From Cetorhinus maximus (taxonomy: Eukaryota), in the NCBI RefSeq assembly GCF_964194155.1, contig NC_135906.1, forward strand, positions 6,262,001 to 6,326,000: 64,000 nucleotides of DNA. Direction: 5' to 3'. Both the position numbers and the translations under genes were made by a program. Below, in pieces: positions 13,101 to 23,830 of the stretch (position 1 is the stretch's first letter; every line of letters begins with the position of its first letter). Below the pieces are notes generated by a model. The model was given only the letters and a program-made list of their open reading frames with translations, was not told the origin of the DNA and made no database searches.

Positions 13101-15118
13101 TCAGTGTCTGGGTGTGTGTTTATCAGTATCTGGGTGTGTATCAGTGTCTGAGTGTGTGTATGTGTTTGTGTCTGGGTGTGTATTAGTGTCTGGGTGAGTG
13201 TTTATCAGTATCTGGGTGTGTATCAGTGTCTGGGTGTGTGTTTATCAGTATCTGGGTGTGTATCAGTGTCTGGATGTGTGTATGTGTTTGTGTCTGTGTG
13301 TGTATCAGTGTCTGGATGTGTGTTTATCAGTATCTGGGTGTGTATCAGTGTCTGGATGTGTGTATGTGTTTGTGTCTGTGTGTGTATCAGTGTCTGGATG
13401 TGTGTTTATCAGTATCTGGGTGTGTATCAGTGTCTGGATGTGTGTTTATCAGTGTCTAGGTGTGTATCAGTGTCTGGGTGTGTGTATGTGTTTGTGTCTG
13501 GGTGTGTATCAGTGTCTGGATGTGTGTTTATCAGTATCTGGATGTGTATCAGTGCCTGGGCGTGTGTTTATCAGTATCTGTGTGTGTATCAGTGTCTGGG
13601 TGTGTGTTTATCAGTATCTGGGTGTGTATCAGTGTCTGGGTATGTGTTTATCAGTATCTGGGTGTGTATCAGTGCCTGGGTGTGTGTTTATCAGTATCTG
13701 GGTGTGTATCAGTGTCTGGGTGTGTGTATGTGTTTGTGTCTGGGTGTGTATCAGTGTCTGGATGTGTGTTTATCAGTATCTGTGTGTGTATCAGTGTCTG
13801 GGTATGTGTTTATCAGTATCTGTGTGTGTATCAGTGTCTGGATGTGTGTTTATCAGTATCTGGGTGTGTATCAGTGCCTGGGTGTGTGTATGTGTTTGTG
13901 TCTGGGTGTGTATCAGTGTCTGGATGTGTGTTTATCAGTATCTGTGTGTGTATCAGTGTCTGGGTATGTGTTTATCAGTATCTGGGTGTGTATCAGTGCC
14001 TGGGTGTGTGTTTATCAGTATCTGGGTGTGTATCAGTGTCTGGGTGTGTGTATGTGTTTGTGTCTGGGTGTGTATCAGTGTCTGGATGTGTGTTTATCAG
14101 TATCTGTGTGTATATCAGTGTCTGGGTATGTGTTTATCAGTATCTGTGTGTGTATCAGTGTCTGGATGTGTGTTTATCAGTATCTGGGTGTGTATCAGTG
14201 CCTGGGTGTGTGTATGTGTTTGTGTCTGGGTGTGTATCAGTGTCTGGATGTGTGTTTATCAGTATCTGGGTGTGTATCAGTGTCTGGGTATGTGTTTATC
14301 AGTATCTGGGTGTGTATCAGTGTCTGGATGTGTGTTTATCAGTATCTGGGTGTGTATCAGTGTCTGGGTGTGTGTATGTGTTTGTGTCTGTGTGTGTATC
14401 AGTGTCTGGATGTGTATCAGTATCTGGGTGTGTATCAGTGTCTGGGTGTGTGTATGTGTTTGTGTCTGGGTGTGTATCAGTGTCTGGGTGTGTGTATGTG
14501 TTTGTGTCTGGGTGTGTATCAGTGTCTGGATGTGTGTTTATCAGTATCTGGGTGTGTATCAGTGTCTGGGTGTGTGTATGTGTTTGTGTCTGGGTGTGTA
14601 TCAGTGTCTGGATGTGTGTTTATCAGTATCTGGGTGTGTATCAGTGTCTGGGTGTGTGTATGTGTTTGTGTCTGGGTGTGTATCAGTGTCTGGATGTGTG
14701 TTTATCAGTATCTGGGTGTGTATCAGTGTCTGGGTGTGTGTATGTGTTTGTGTCTGGGTGTGTATCAGTGTCTGGATGTGTGTTTATCAGTATCTGGGTG
14801 TGTATCAGTGTCTGGGTGTGTGTATGTGTTTGTGTCTGGGTGTGTATCAGTGTCTGGATGTGTGTTTATCAGTATCTGGGTGTGTATCAGTGTCTGGGTG
14901 TGTGTTTATCAGTATCTGGGTGTGTATCAGTGCCTGGGTGTGTGTTTATCAGTATCTGGGTGTGTATCAGTGTCTGGGTGTGTGTATGTGTTTGTGTCTG
15001 GGTGTGTATCAGTGTCTGGATGTGTGTTTATCAGTATCTGGGTGTGTATCAGTGTCTGGGTGTGTGTTTATCAGTATCTGGGTGTGTATCAGTGTCTGGG
15101 TGCGTGTGTATCTGTGTC
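10200..15118. repeat. GT-rich satellite with a 40-bp unit (18+22 bp subunits) and an 82-bp higher-order unit distally
   Basis: The unit tgtgtgtttatcagtatctggg+tgtgtatcagtgtctgga has period 40 at 10801/10841 and period 82 at 14521/14603/14685. The array grades out of (TG)n-like sequence at 10200-10780. Confidence 0.97.
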
Positions 15119-15130
15119 TCACTCCTCGCC

Positions 15131-15295
15131 CCTTTTATGAATGGACTCCATTCATCAGGAGGAGACGGCTCAACGCACGCGCACTGAGCTCCGGAATGGA
15201 ATGTCTGGAGCGAGAGACTCGTCCCTGATTGGACAGCCGTCCAGCTAGCTAACCAATGGGAGGGCTGAAGCAGCAGGGCGAGCTCTGTATAATTA
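15131..15295 (+). promoter_or_regulatory. CCN1-like proximal promoter
   Basis: Contains a near-CArG box CCTTTTATGA (15131-15140), the palindrome ATGAATGGA-C-TCCATTCAT (15137-15155), tandem TEAD-type GGAATGGAATGT (~15193-15204), CCAAT boxes (~15228 reverse, ~15253) and TATA-like TATAATTA (15288-15295). CCN1 is an established SRF and YAP/TEAD target. Confidence 0.75.
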
Positions 15296-15299
15296 GCGG

Positions 15300-15862
15300 G
15301 GAGGAGACAGAGGGATAGAACAGAGTTAGCAGGAGAGCAGAGACAGAGAGACAGGGACAGACTGTGATAGAGAGAGAGAAAACAGCGAGTAATAGACAGA
15401 CTGATAGAGAGTGTGATAGAGAGAAAGATAGAGGGAGGAATAGACTGATAGAGACAGAGGGATAGGGATAGAGGGATAGGGATAGAGGGATAGACTGCGA
15501 TAGAGAGAGAAAAACATAGTAATAAAGACAGACTGATAGTGTGATAGAGAGAAAGATAGTGATAGAGGGAGAATAGACTGATAGAGACAAGGGGATAGAC
15601 TGTGTGATAGAAAGAGAGAGAAACAGAGAGTAATAAAGACAAGACTGATAGACTGTGTGATAGAGAGAAAGATAAAGAGAGTGATAAGAGAAATAAACAG
15701 AGATACACTGATAGAGTGAGAGATAGTGAAAGTGACAGACAGACAGAGACAGAGACTGAGAGAGTGTGTGTGATATCAGAGGGAGAGAGTTGCAGGGGGA
15801 GAGTTTGCAGGGAGAGAGTTTGCAGGGAGAGAGTTTGCAGGGGGAGAGTTTGCAGGGAGAGA
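15300..15862 (+). repeat. GA-rich low-complexity repeat plus 5x 15-bp tandem (gagagtttgcaggg[a/g]) in the presumed 5'UTR
   Basis: Directly visible between the TATA-like box and the ATG at 15917. Confidence 0.85.
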
Positions 15863-15916
15863 GTCCCAGTCAGTGTAGCCCCAGAAGCTGAGCCCCTCAG
15901 TTTGTACAGCCGGGAG

Positions 15917-15967
15917 ATGGAGCAGCTGGTATTTCTCACCCTGCTGCTGTCTGTCGCTCCTACTCTG
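15917..15967 (+). CDS. CCN1: CCN1-like exon 1 (signal peptide [17 protein letters not shown])
   Basis: Kozak context gagATGg, a hydrophobic signal peptide, and donor CTG|gtgaga. Confidence 0.88.
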
Positions 15968-18900
15968 GTGAGAGAACCCGCTGCTTTTCTGTGTTTGTCT
16001 ATCGGGGGGAGGATTCCGGGGTTGAAAAAGGGACTTTGGTCAAAACCCTTTTGCTAAAACTGTTTGAATGAAAGTCTTTGAGAGGAATCTCTCTGTCTCT
16101 CTGTGTGTTGTGTAGCCTGAGTGTTTTAAGCCTGTTCCCTGCTGTGGGCTGAACTCTTGTTGTTGTCGCTTTACTAGGTGAGAGGGGACTGCCCGCTGGA
16201 GTGTAGCTGCCCCTCGGCTCCGGCCCGCTGTCCTCCCGGGGTCAGTGTGGTCCTGGACGGCTGCGGCTGCTGCCGAGTCTGTGCCCAGCAGCTGAATGAT
16301 GACTGCAGCCTGGAGAAGCCGTGTGACTATCTGAAAGGACTGGAGTGTAACCAGGGTGCCAGGCTGACAGGGGGCAGCGGCATCTGCAGAGGTGAGTGTG
16401 ACTGACCCAGTCCCAGGTATGAATGGTGAATAAAGTTAACCCAGAAAATCCCCCTGTGTAACTGAGGGTCACTGCTCCTCCCCTCCACCCCTCACACCCA
16501 NNNNNNNNNNNNNNNNNNNNNNNNNNNNNNNNNNNNNNNNNNNNNNNNNNNNNNNNNNNNNNNNNNNNNNNNNNNNNNNNNNNNNNNNNNNNNNNNNNNN
16601 NNNNNNNNNNNNNNNNNNNNNNNNNNNNNNNNNNNNNNNNNNNNNNNNNNNNNNNNNNNNNNNNNNNNNNNNNNNNNNNNNNNNNNNNNNNNNNNNNNNN
16701 NNNNNNNNNNNNNNNNNNNNNNNNNNNNNNNNNNNNNNNNNNNNNNNNNNNNNNNNNNNNNNNNNNNNNNNNNNNNNNNNNNNNNNNNNNNNNNNNCCAC
16801 ATTCCCCCCTGGCTGATCACTCAGGGTCTAGCTGTCTGAGTGGGGAGGGAAGGGGAGGCAGGTCTCTGGGATGTTTGTACAGGCTCTCTCACTGTCCCAT
16901 ACAGTCCCAAGGAACCTCCTCCTCACCTCCTTTATCATCACTTTCATGAATTGTCTCCTGGAGAGCTAGAAAAACAATTCGGGGCAACTACTGAGACCAG
17001 ATCTTCTCTCCCTCTCTCCCTCCCTCCCCAATATCCACTCAGCCCACCCACCCACACACAGCATGGCCCTCACTCTGTGCCCCCTCCCTCACATTCCTGA
17101 TCCCCTCCCTCAGTCTGCGCCTCCTCCCTCACTCTGTGCCCCCCTCACTTGCACCCCCTCACTCATTCCCACACCCCCCTCCCTCACTCTGCACACCCCC
17201 CTCCCTCCTTCACTCATTATCACCCAGGATGGGGTTCAGACTAGCAAAGGGACACTTTTTTGATTTTTTTTTGGGTGGTGGGGGGTGGAATTCTGCTGAG
17301 TTTGCCTGATCCCTCCGACTGTAACTACAGGGGAAGATTGGCGGATCTCCCAGCGAGATGGTGGTGGCTCACCGATCTACCGCTGCAGTCAGGACTGGAG
17401 AAGAGGGGGGTGGTGGTGGTGGTGGTGGAATTCGGTGGTGATTTTCCAGCACTGTGTCCACTCTGGGCAGAATCGTGAGTGCCTCGGTCTCTCTTCCCCC
17501 CACCCCCCTAATATATTCACTGTGAGCAGTGAGGTGGGAGTTTAGACTTGCATCAGGAGGAGCCTGGAGTCTGCTGTTTAGTTGGTGTTGTTTGAATTGT
17601 TTAGTGGTGAAGGATTCCTAAGCTTCTGGCCCTTGAGCGGGGTCTGACGGTGTTTCTCCTCCCCAACAGCCAAGTCTGAAGGCAGGACCTGCGAGTACAG
17701 CGGGAGGATCTATCAGAACAGTGAGAGCTTTCAGCCCAGCTGCAAACACCAGTGCACCTGTATCGACGGGGCAGTGGGCTGCATCCCACTCTGCCCCCAG
17801 GAGCTGCCGCTGACTGGGATGAACTGCCCCTACCCACGCCTGGTGAAAATGCCCGGGCAGTGCTGCGAGAAGTTTGTCTGCGATAAATTGGCTTCGAAAT
17901 ACCGGGGAGTGCCCTATCACGACCTCTCTGCCCTCGCTGCCATCAGCACCAACAAGCTGCTCCACAGAAAACACCACTCCCTGGGGAACCTCGCTGGTGA
18001 GTTGCTTTAAAATGGTTAACCAAGTGTATTCAGTTCACTGGCCTCTCTGGAGCTGCCCTCTCCGGTAATAGTAGCCCAGATATCCGTTGTCCATTTATAG
18101 CGACTACATCTGTCACATTGGTACTTGACTAAACAAGACAAAAATATCACCTGAATAGTTTCCTTGAAATTGAAGCCTTATGCAATTCAGTTCCTCTGCG
18201 GCTTGTCTATTTTAAGAAGGCTCTGGCTGCCCCCAGTTATGAAAATTTATATTCTGCATCCCCGGATCTAAAGCCATTTTTTGCTTCCTTTTCCCTCAGC
18301 TTGGAGGCCACTGTTTGAAGGGCGCCGGATCCCCCAGAAGAAGTGCACCATCCAGACGACCCAGTGGTCTGAGTGTTCGAAAACTTGTGGCATGGGCCTG
18401 TCGACCCGGGTTAGCAGTGATAACCCTGAGTGCAAGCTGAAGAAAGAGACACGGCTTTGCCAGCTTCGCGCTTGCAATCAGACTGCTGACCCCAGGCTGA
18501 AGGTAAGAAGGCCCCTGTTTGAACAGCTTACTGGGAGCTCAGTGCCAGTTAAACCACTAACCACGGGAAGCAGCACTGTAACCACCTGAGGGTGACTGCA
18601 GGACTTGTACAACGTGGATACTGTCACTCCTCTGCACCATCAAATGCACCAACACTGCAACACGTACAAACATGAGAAACAGGAGGAGGCCATTCAGCCC
18701 CTTGACCTTGCCCCGCCATTCAATAAATCGTGGTTGATCTGACTCCACTTTCCTGTCTGTCCCCCCCCCAATAACCCTTGACCCCCCTTTTGTCAATCAG
18801 AAATCTGTCTAACTCAGCTCTGAGTGCATTCAGTGACCCAGCCTACACTGCTCTCTGGGGAAGAGAATTCCAGAGGTTAACAACCCTGAGAGAAGAAATT

Positions 18901-19642
18901 CCTCCTCATTTCCATCTGAAATGGGAGAGTCCTTATTCTGAAACTGTGATCCCTAGTTCTCGATCCCCCCACCAGTGGAAATATCCTCTCAGCATCTACC
19001 CTGTCCATAAGATCGCCTCTCATTCTTCTAAACTCCGATGGGTACAGGCCCAACCAGCTTAACCTTTTCCTCATAAGATGAACCCCCTTCACCCCAGGAA
19101 TCAGCCCAGTGAACCTAGCGAGATATTTATTAAAACGGTTCGGACAAACTAAGCAGTGGTCTCATGTCAACATGCACACCCCTAGGGCGAGGTGCGAATT
19201 CGTTTTTATACGGCGTGTTGGGTGGGGAAGGGAGAGAACATCCAAGATATTTTGTTGAACATAAATAGTCTTACGAACCTAGTCGCTCAGATGACTGACA
19301 GAAACAGAGCGATTGAACCTTGTCCCTGATCTCTTACAGAAAGGAAAGAAATGCACCAGAACCCAGAAGGCCACTGAACTGGTTCGCTTTACCTACGCCG
19401 GCTGCAAAAGTATGAAGAAATACCAGCCCAACTCCTGTGGCCTGTGCATAGACCAACGCTGCTGCTCCCCAGTAAAGACCCGAACAATTCGTGTCCGCTT
19501 CCGCTGCAGGGATGGCGAGAGCTTCAACAAGAACGTGATGATGATCCAGTCGTGTAAATGCAGCTACAACTGTCCCCACCTGAATGAGGTGGTCCAGCCA
19601 TACTTCAGACTGCACAATGACATCCACAAGTTCTCAGAGTAA
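15917..19642 (+). CDS. CCN1: CCN family member 1 (CYR61)-like protein, 5 exons, 365 aa: join(15917..15967,16178..16391,17670..17996,18300..18502,19340..19642)
   Basis: All introns are GT-AG with consistent phases (51+214+327+203+303=1098 nt). The domain order is signal peptide-IGFBP-VWC-TSP1-CT with 12+10+6+10=38 Cys, and the C-terminus RLHNDIHKF is CCN1-type. It may be a CCN1-like paralog rather than the CCN1 ortholog. Confidence 0.92.
16178..16391 (+). CDS. CCN1: CCN1-like exon 2 (IGFBP domain)
   Basis: Acceptor ttactag|, GCGCCRVC motif, donor AGAG|gtgagt, length 214 nt. Confidence 0.95.
16501..16796. other. Assembly gap (N run) in CCN1-like intron 2
   Basis: A run of N bases. Confidence 1.
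17670..17996 (+). CDS. CCN1: CCN1-like exon 3 (VWC domain and hinge)
   Basis: Acceptor ctccccaacag|, encodes [19 protein letters not shown]...[10 protein letters not shown], donor CTG|gtgagt. Confidence 0.95.
18300..18502 (+). CDS. CCN1: CCN1-like exon 4 (TSP1 domain)
   Basis: Acceptor ttttccctcag|, encodes [20 protein letters not shown], donor AAG|gtaaga. Confidence 0.95.
18665..19115 (-). mobile_element. CR1 3' end in CCN1-like intron 4
   Basis: Encodes [15 protein letters not shown]...EMRRNFFSQ on the minus strand, followed by a CR1 tail. Confidence 0.85.
19340..19642 (+). CDS. CCN1: CCN1-like exon 5 (cystine-knot CT domain) to the stop codon
   Basis: Acceptor ctcttacag|, encodes KGKKC...FTYAGC...RCCSP...MMIQSCKC...NDIHKFSE*. 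Confidence 0.95.
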   Translation, partial: KGKKCTRTQKATELVRFTYAGCKSMKKYQPNSCGLCIDQRCCSPVKTRTIRVRFRCRDGESFNKNVMMIQSCKCSYNCPHLNEVVQPYFRLHNDIHKFSE

Positions 19643-20010
19643 AAGCCACCCTTTAGACCCTACCCTTTAGAACTCTACTTGAGGGCTTGGGCTGAAGGAA
19701 AGGCAGGTGGCCAATCCGACCTGAACATTCAGCCTCCTGTTGTAGTGCCAGGAAGAGACCACAGTCAAGAATGTGCTGAGAACAGTCAGTCTCGTTTTGG
19801 ATGAGGCTGTTGCACTGTCTGGTGTAATCTTCAAACGAGAATGAGCTCCATTACTCTGCAGAGTAGCCATGTAAGACTATAACTTTCTCCTCTGTTCATG
19901 GGAGTGAATAACTGTGTCCTGCATAAGGTGGTGCAGGTTGCTTCACAGCAGTCAGAGCATGACCATAGTCAACCGTAGTGCATCTCTGTGGGGGGTGGGG
20001 GGGGATCTGA

Positions 20011-20030
20011 GATTTATTTAACTATTTTTA
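20011..20030 (+). promoter_or_regulatory. AU-rich element in the CCN1-like 3'UTR
   Basis: Overlapping pentamers ATTTATTTA at 20012-20020, as expected for an immediate-early mRNA. Confidence 0.5.
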
Positions 20031-20799
20031 ACTGGACTATGGGCTTTCATCAATGAATACTTTTGCTTCCAGCCTGCAATAACAGAACTGAATCGAGCCC
20101 CCTTGGCAGTTGCTCTCTGCAGCTAAGCTCTTGCTTATTATCTCTGTGACGATTTGTGTGATAGTTCCTCTATATTTCAACTTGCACAGCCATCTTGGAG
20201 TTTATGAAGTGGCTTTGTTTCAGAAGCCTGTACCTTTAACCTTTATTGCGTGTGTGTGTGTGTGTGTGTGTGCCTGGGAGTCAGACTGTGTTTTCATGTC
20301 TGGAATTGACTGACTGTATCCTGTACCATCCGGCTGTTGGGACTTGTTTACAGTGCAAAGGGGGACAGTGCTGTTTTTGTCCTGATGTCACGGGTCTCAA
20401 TCGGGGCTGGTGACAATTTAAAAAGCACATGATGCCATTGGGAGAGTTGCCTGGTTTTCAGCGAGAGTCAAGGTGCTTTTGCATAGCCTCGCTTGCACAA
20501 GGTCAGTTCGGAACTTCCTCTGTTCCCTCCTTCACGGACCGGGTGCAAGAGCTGCTGACCATGCATAGGAGCGGTGAAATCTAGAGTGGGGGCAGGGAAT
20601 AAAAGGCAAGAGAGGGCACTGGCACTGTGTTGTCTAACTGCCAGGTCTCGGGACCTGGTAATCTGTGTTGGTTGGTTGAATTCAACTGTTTTTAAACCCA
20701 GCTGTTGTTATGAAAGGCCCAGTTGCCACTGGTTCCTGGGATTTTTGCTGGTAGATATACCACTTGGACTGTGTGCTCAGTGACTTTATAAGACAGGAT

Positions 20800-20950
20800 G
20801 AGGCATAGGAGCAGAAGTAGGCCATTCGGCCCATCGAGTCTGCTCCGCCATTCAATGAGATCAGGGCTGATCTGATAATCCTCAACTCCACTTTCCTGCC
20901 TTTTTTCCCCCACAACCCTCGATTCCCTCACTGATTAAAAATCCGCCTCG
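20800..20950 (-). mobile_element. CR1-type tail fragment inside the CCN1-like 3'UTR
   Basis: Reads ataggagcagaagtaggccattcggcccatcgagtctgctccgccattcaatgagatca. Confidence 0.8.
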
Positions 20951-21414
20951 AATATACTTCATCGTTCTCAACATCTGATTGTGAGACAGCCTGAAATAGC
21001 CAAAAGTTCAACACAAATGACGACGAGCTTATTGCCCTGACTGACTTCTAGTTTTAAAGCTGGACAATGGAGTCCGCCTGTGAAGATGGTTTTGAAATCT
21101 GGTCCTTTGGTGGAACAAAAGGCTACAGTATCTAAAGCCGGTTCACCCTGCGTGGGCCTGAAATGTCTGTTTCAGTGTTGCTGTTCGTGTTGACTGTGAG
21201 AAATGTCAGGATTGTAATGCCGCTTAGACACATTCCCTATCCCATTACCAGTATTGCTCCTTGGCAAAGACGATCAGCTGCAGGTGGTAGCTGAGTCATA
21301 GTTGAACCATTCACTCCTGTATCGTGTATTTATCAAAGTGTGGCATATTTTTTATTTTGGATATAAATTGTAATATAGTGGATTTTAAAATATGTATTTT
21401 TGAAAATTATAAGG

Positions 21415-21476
21415 ATTAAATAAATTTATTTTATAGAAATCAAATGACGATTTTTGGGTTTGGTTTGTCTTTGGTC
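21415..21476 (+). terminator. CCN1-like polyadenylation signal and downstream GU-rich element
   Basis: Overlapping ATTAAA/AATAAA at 21415-21424 in an AT-rich context, followed by tttttgggtttggtttgtctttggt. Confidence 0.75.
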
Positions 21477-21649
21477 CTCACTCCTGACTGACGTGGAACA
21501 TTCTTCATGTGGGACGTTCAGGAACGGTTAGCCACTTGTGCCCGCTCTGCCATTCAATGAGATCGTGGCCGAGCTGCGACCAAACTCCATAAACCCACGT
21601 TTGCCCCATCTTCCCTTAAAATCTTTGGCTGGCTAAAATCTTATCAGCG

Positions 21650-21790
21650 CAGAAGCAAAACACCGCGGATGCTGGATATCCGAAATAAAACTAGAAAACG
21701 CTGGAATAGCTCAGCGGGTCTGGCAGCGTCTGTGGAGATAGAAACAAGAGTTAACGCCTCAGGTCGATGGCCTTTCTTCAGAGCTGGGGA
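21650..21790 (-). mobile_element. Penelope-like short element with hammerhead-like motif
   Basis: The minus strand reads CTGAAGA-a-aggcc-atc-gacct-GAGG-cgtt-aactc (GAAA box mutated), followed by the family tail ccacagacgctgccagacc. Confidence 0.65.
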
Positions 21791-21984
21791 AGGTTAGAAG
21801 TGTCATTTGTTTTATGCGGGTGGAATAGGGAAGAGTGGAAAAAGGCACATAGGAAGGTCCACAAGAAGACAGGAGACATTGAATGACAAAAGAGTTGTTT
21901 GAGAAGGGCCAGAAGGCATGGTAATGGACAAAAACCTATCCATCTAGGGTTTTAAAACTAACATTTGACCTAATGTCGATTATC

Positions 21985-22710
21985 CTTTGTGGGAAGAGAG
22001 TCCCAAGCTTTGCCAACCCTCTGTGTGAAAAAGTATCTCCTAATCTCACTCCCGAAAGGTCTGGCACTAGTGTTTAGACTCTGCCGCCTCATCCTAGACT
22101 CTCCAACCAGCAGAAATCATTTCTCACAATCTACCTTTATCCCTTTCCTCTTAATGTGTTTAAACTTGGACCGAATCACACTGTAAACTTCTAAAATTCC
22201 GGGGAATACAATACCTAGTTTGTGTCATCTCTCCTTGTAATTTAACCTTTGGAGTTTGGGTATCACTCTGGTAAATCTCCCCCCCAAGGCCAATATCTCC
22301 TTCCTCAGGTGTGGTACCCAGAGCAGCTCACAGTAACTCCGAGTGTGGTCTAACCAGGGCTTTGTACAGCTGAAGAATGACTTCTAGTCCCTTGGATTCT
22401 ATTCCCCTGGATAGAGTGGCCAACATTCCATTAGCCTTTTTCATTTCATTTGGACCCATTCATGACACTTTAATCGTTTGTCTATCTGGACCTCCAGGGC
22501 ATTGAGCTTTTCACCATTTAGAAAGTACCCTGTTCTATCCCTTCTTTTAGGTCCAAAGCGAATGAACCATTTGCCAGGTTTGCCCATTCACTTAATGAAC
22601 AAATCTCTGTAGTTTTATGCTAACATCTACAGCTTATAATGCCACCTATTTTTGTGTCAATGGCAAATTTGGATATGTGGCATTCGATCTCATCATCTAA
22701 ATAGTTAATG
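21985..22710 (-). mobile_element. Old CR1 ORF2 3' fragment
   Basis: Typical antisense CR1 text (ccaaggccaatat...gtggtctaaccagggctttgtacagctg...gcaaatttggatat). Confidence 0.75.
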
Positions 22711-22712
22711 AA

Positions 22713-23075
22713 TGGGGAGGTAGTGGTAATGTCACTGGGCTAGAAATCCAGAGGCCCAGGCTCCTGCTCAGGGGACATGGCTTCAAACCCCATCATAGTG
22801 GAATTTCAATTCAGTTAATAAAACCTGGAATTGAAAGCTAGTCTCAGTCATGGTGACCACAAAACTATCATCAACTGCTGCAAAAACCCAACTGGTTCAC
22901 TAATGGAAATCTGCCATCCTTACCTGGTCTGGCCTACATCTGACTCCAGACCCACAGCAATGTGGTTGACCCTTAACTGCCCTCTGAACTGGCCTAGCAA
23001 GTCACTCAATTCAGAGCAACATAGCTGGCCTTGCCAGTGATGCCCACATCCCATGAAAGAATAATGAAAAAAAAA
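22713..23075 (+). mobile_element. tRNA-head SINE with a LINE-derived tail, inserted in CR1
   Basis: Head gtagtggtaatgtcactgg...ttcaaacccc, body shared with 29141, 40555 and 58630, and tail gcccacatcccatgaaagaat+A. Confidence 0.85.
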
Positions 23076-23124
23076 TACACTTAATAGTTGAGGCCCCAAC
23101 ACAGATCCTTGAGTGGCACATAGA

Positions 23125-23830
23125 CTCTCTCTCTCTTTAGGTCCTAAGGGGGTGTTGGCGACCATGTTACTCCTGCTGTGGAGACGTGGAACATCTTTGT
23201 TGATGTTACATCCATCCGGTTTGTGAGGCTCTTTAGAAAGATTGTTCTTCATTTACCTCAATCTCTTTTACCATCGATCTTTCCCATCAGCATCATATTT
23301 TCTAAATCATGATTTTTTTATTACGTGCCCAAGAAATTCCAACTATCTCTTCCTGATCTGGGTCAGCAGAGTTCATTTGGTCTCAGATATTACCAGCACT
23401 GCTTCATTGGGCGTGTGATTTGTCCGAGATATCTTCATTATTCACCTCAAAACCCACAACTCTGCAGCTTCAGTTCGTCTCTGCAGTGCTTCACTGATCG
23501 TCCAACAATCAGTACCATATGTCAAAATTGGTGTGATGTAACATTCCTGGATTCTCAGCTTTGTTTTCATGGCTAATTTTGAGTTGATCTTAAACTTTCT
23601 CATTTTTTGAAATGCATCTTTGGCCATTCCAATCCTTCAACTTATTTCTTGGCCGCACTTTCCATGCGATGTTCACATACACCCCCAGGTAATAAAATTT
23701 GTCTACCTGTTTGACCTCTTCGTTCTTCACTGTGACCTTACATTCTAGTGCGACATGACCAGGCATCCCGTTTTCTTTTAATTTATGCTCAGCCCTTTCT
23801 TCTCACTTTCACTGACTCCTCTATCCAAAA
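23125..23830 (-). mobile_element. RTE-clade LINE 3' fragment
   Basis: Encodes MAKDAFQKM...TKLRI.ECYITPILTYGTDCWTIS...EAAELWVLR (RTE RT C-terminus), with an MVAN end and a (GA)n tail. Confidence 0.8.

Noticed and set aside
10514-15228. Very long Cys/Val-rich ORFs (up to 890 aa) in all three + frames
   Set aside because: They are translations of a stop-poor 40-bp satellite and are open in every frame, with no protein-like complexity.
16178-16192. RGD tripeptide at the start of exon 2 (VRGDC)
   Set aside because: It probably spans the signal-peptidase site (VRG|DC), so it would not survive in the mature protein. A SignalP run would settle it.
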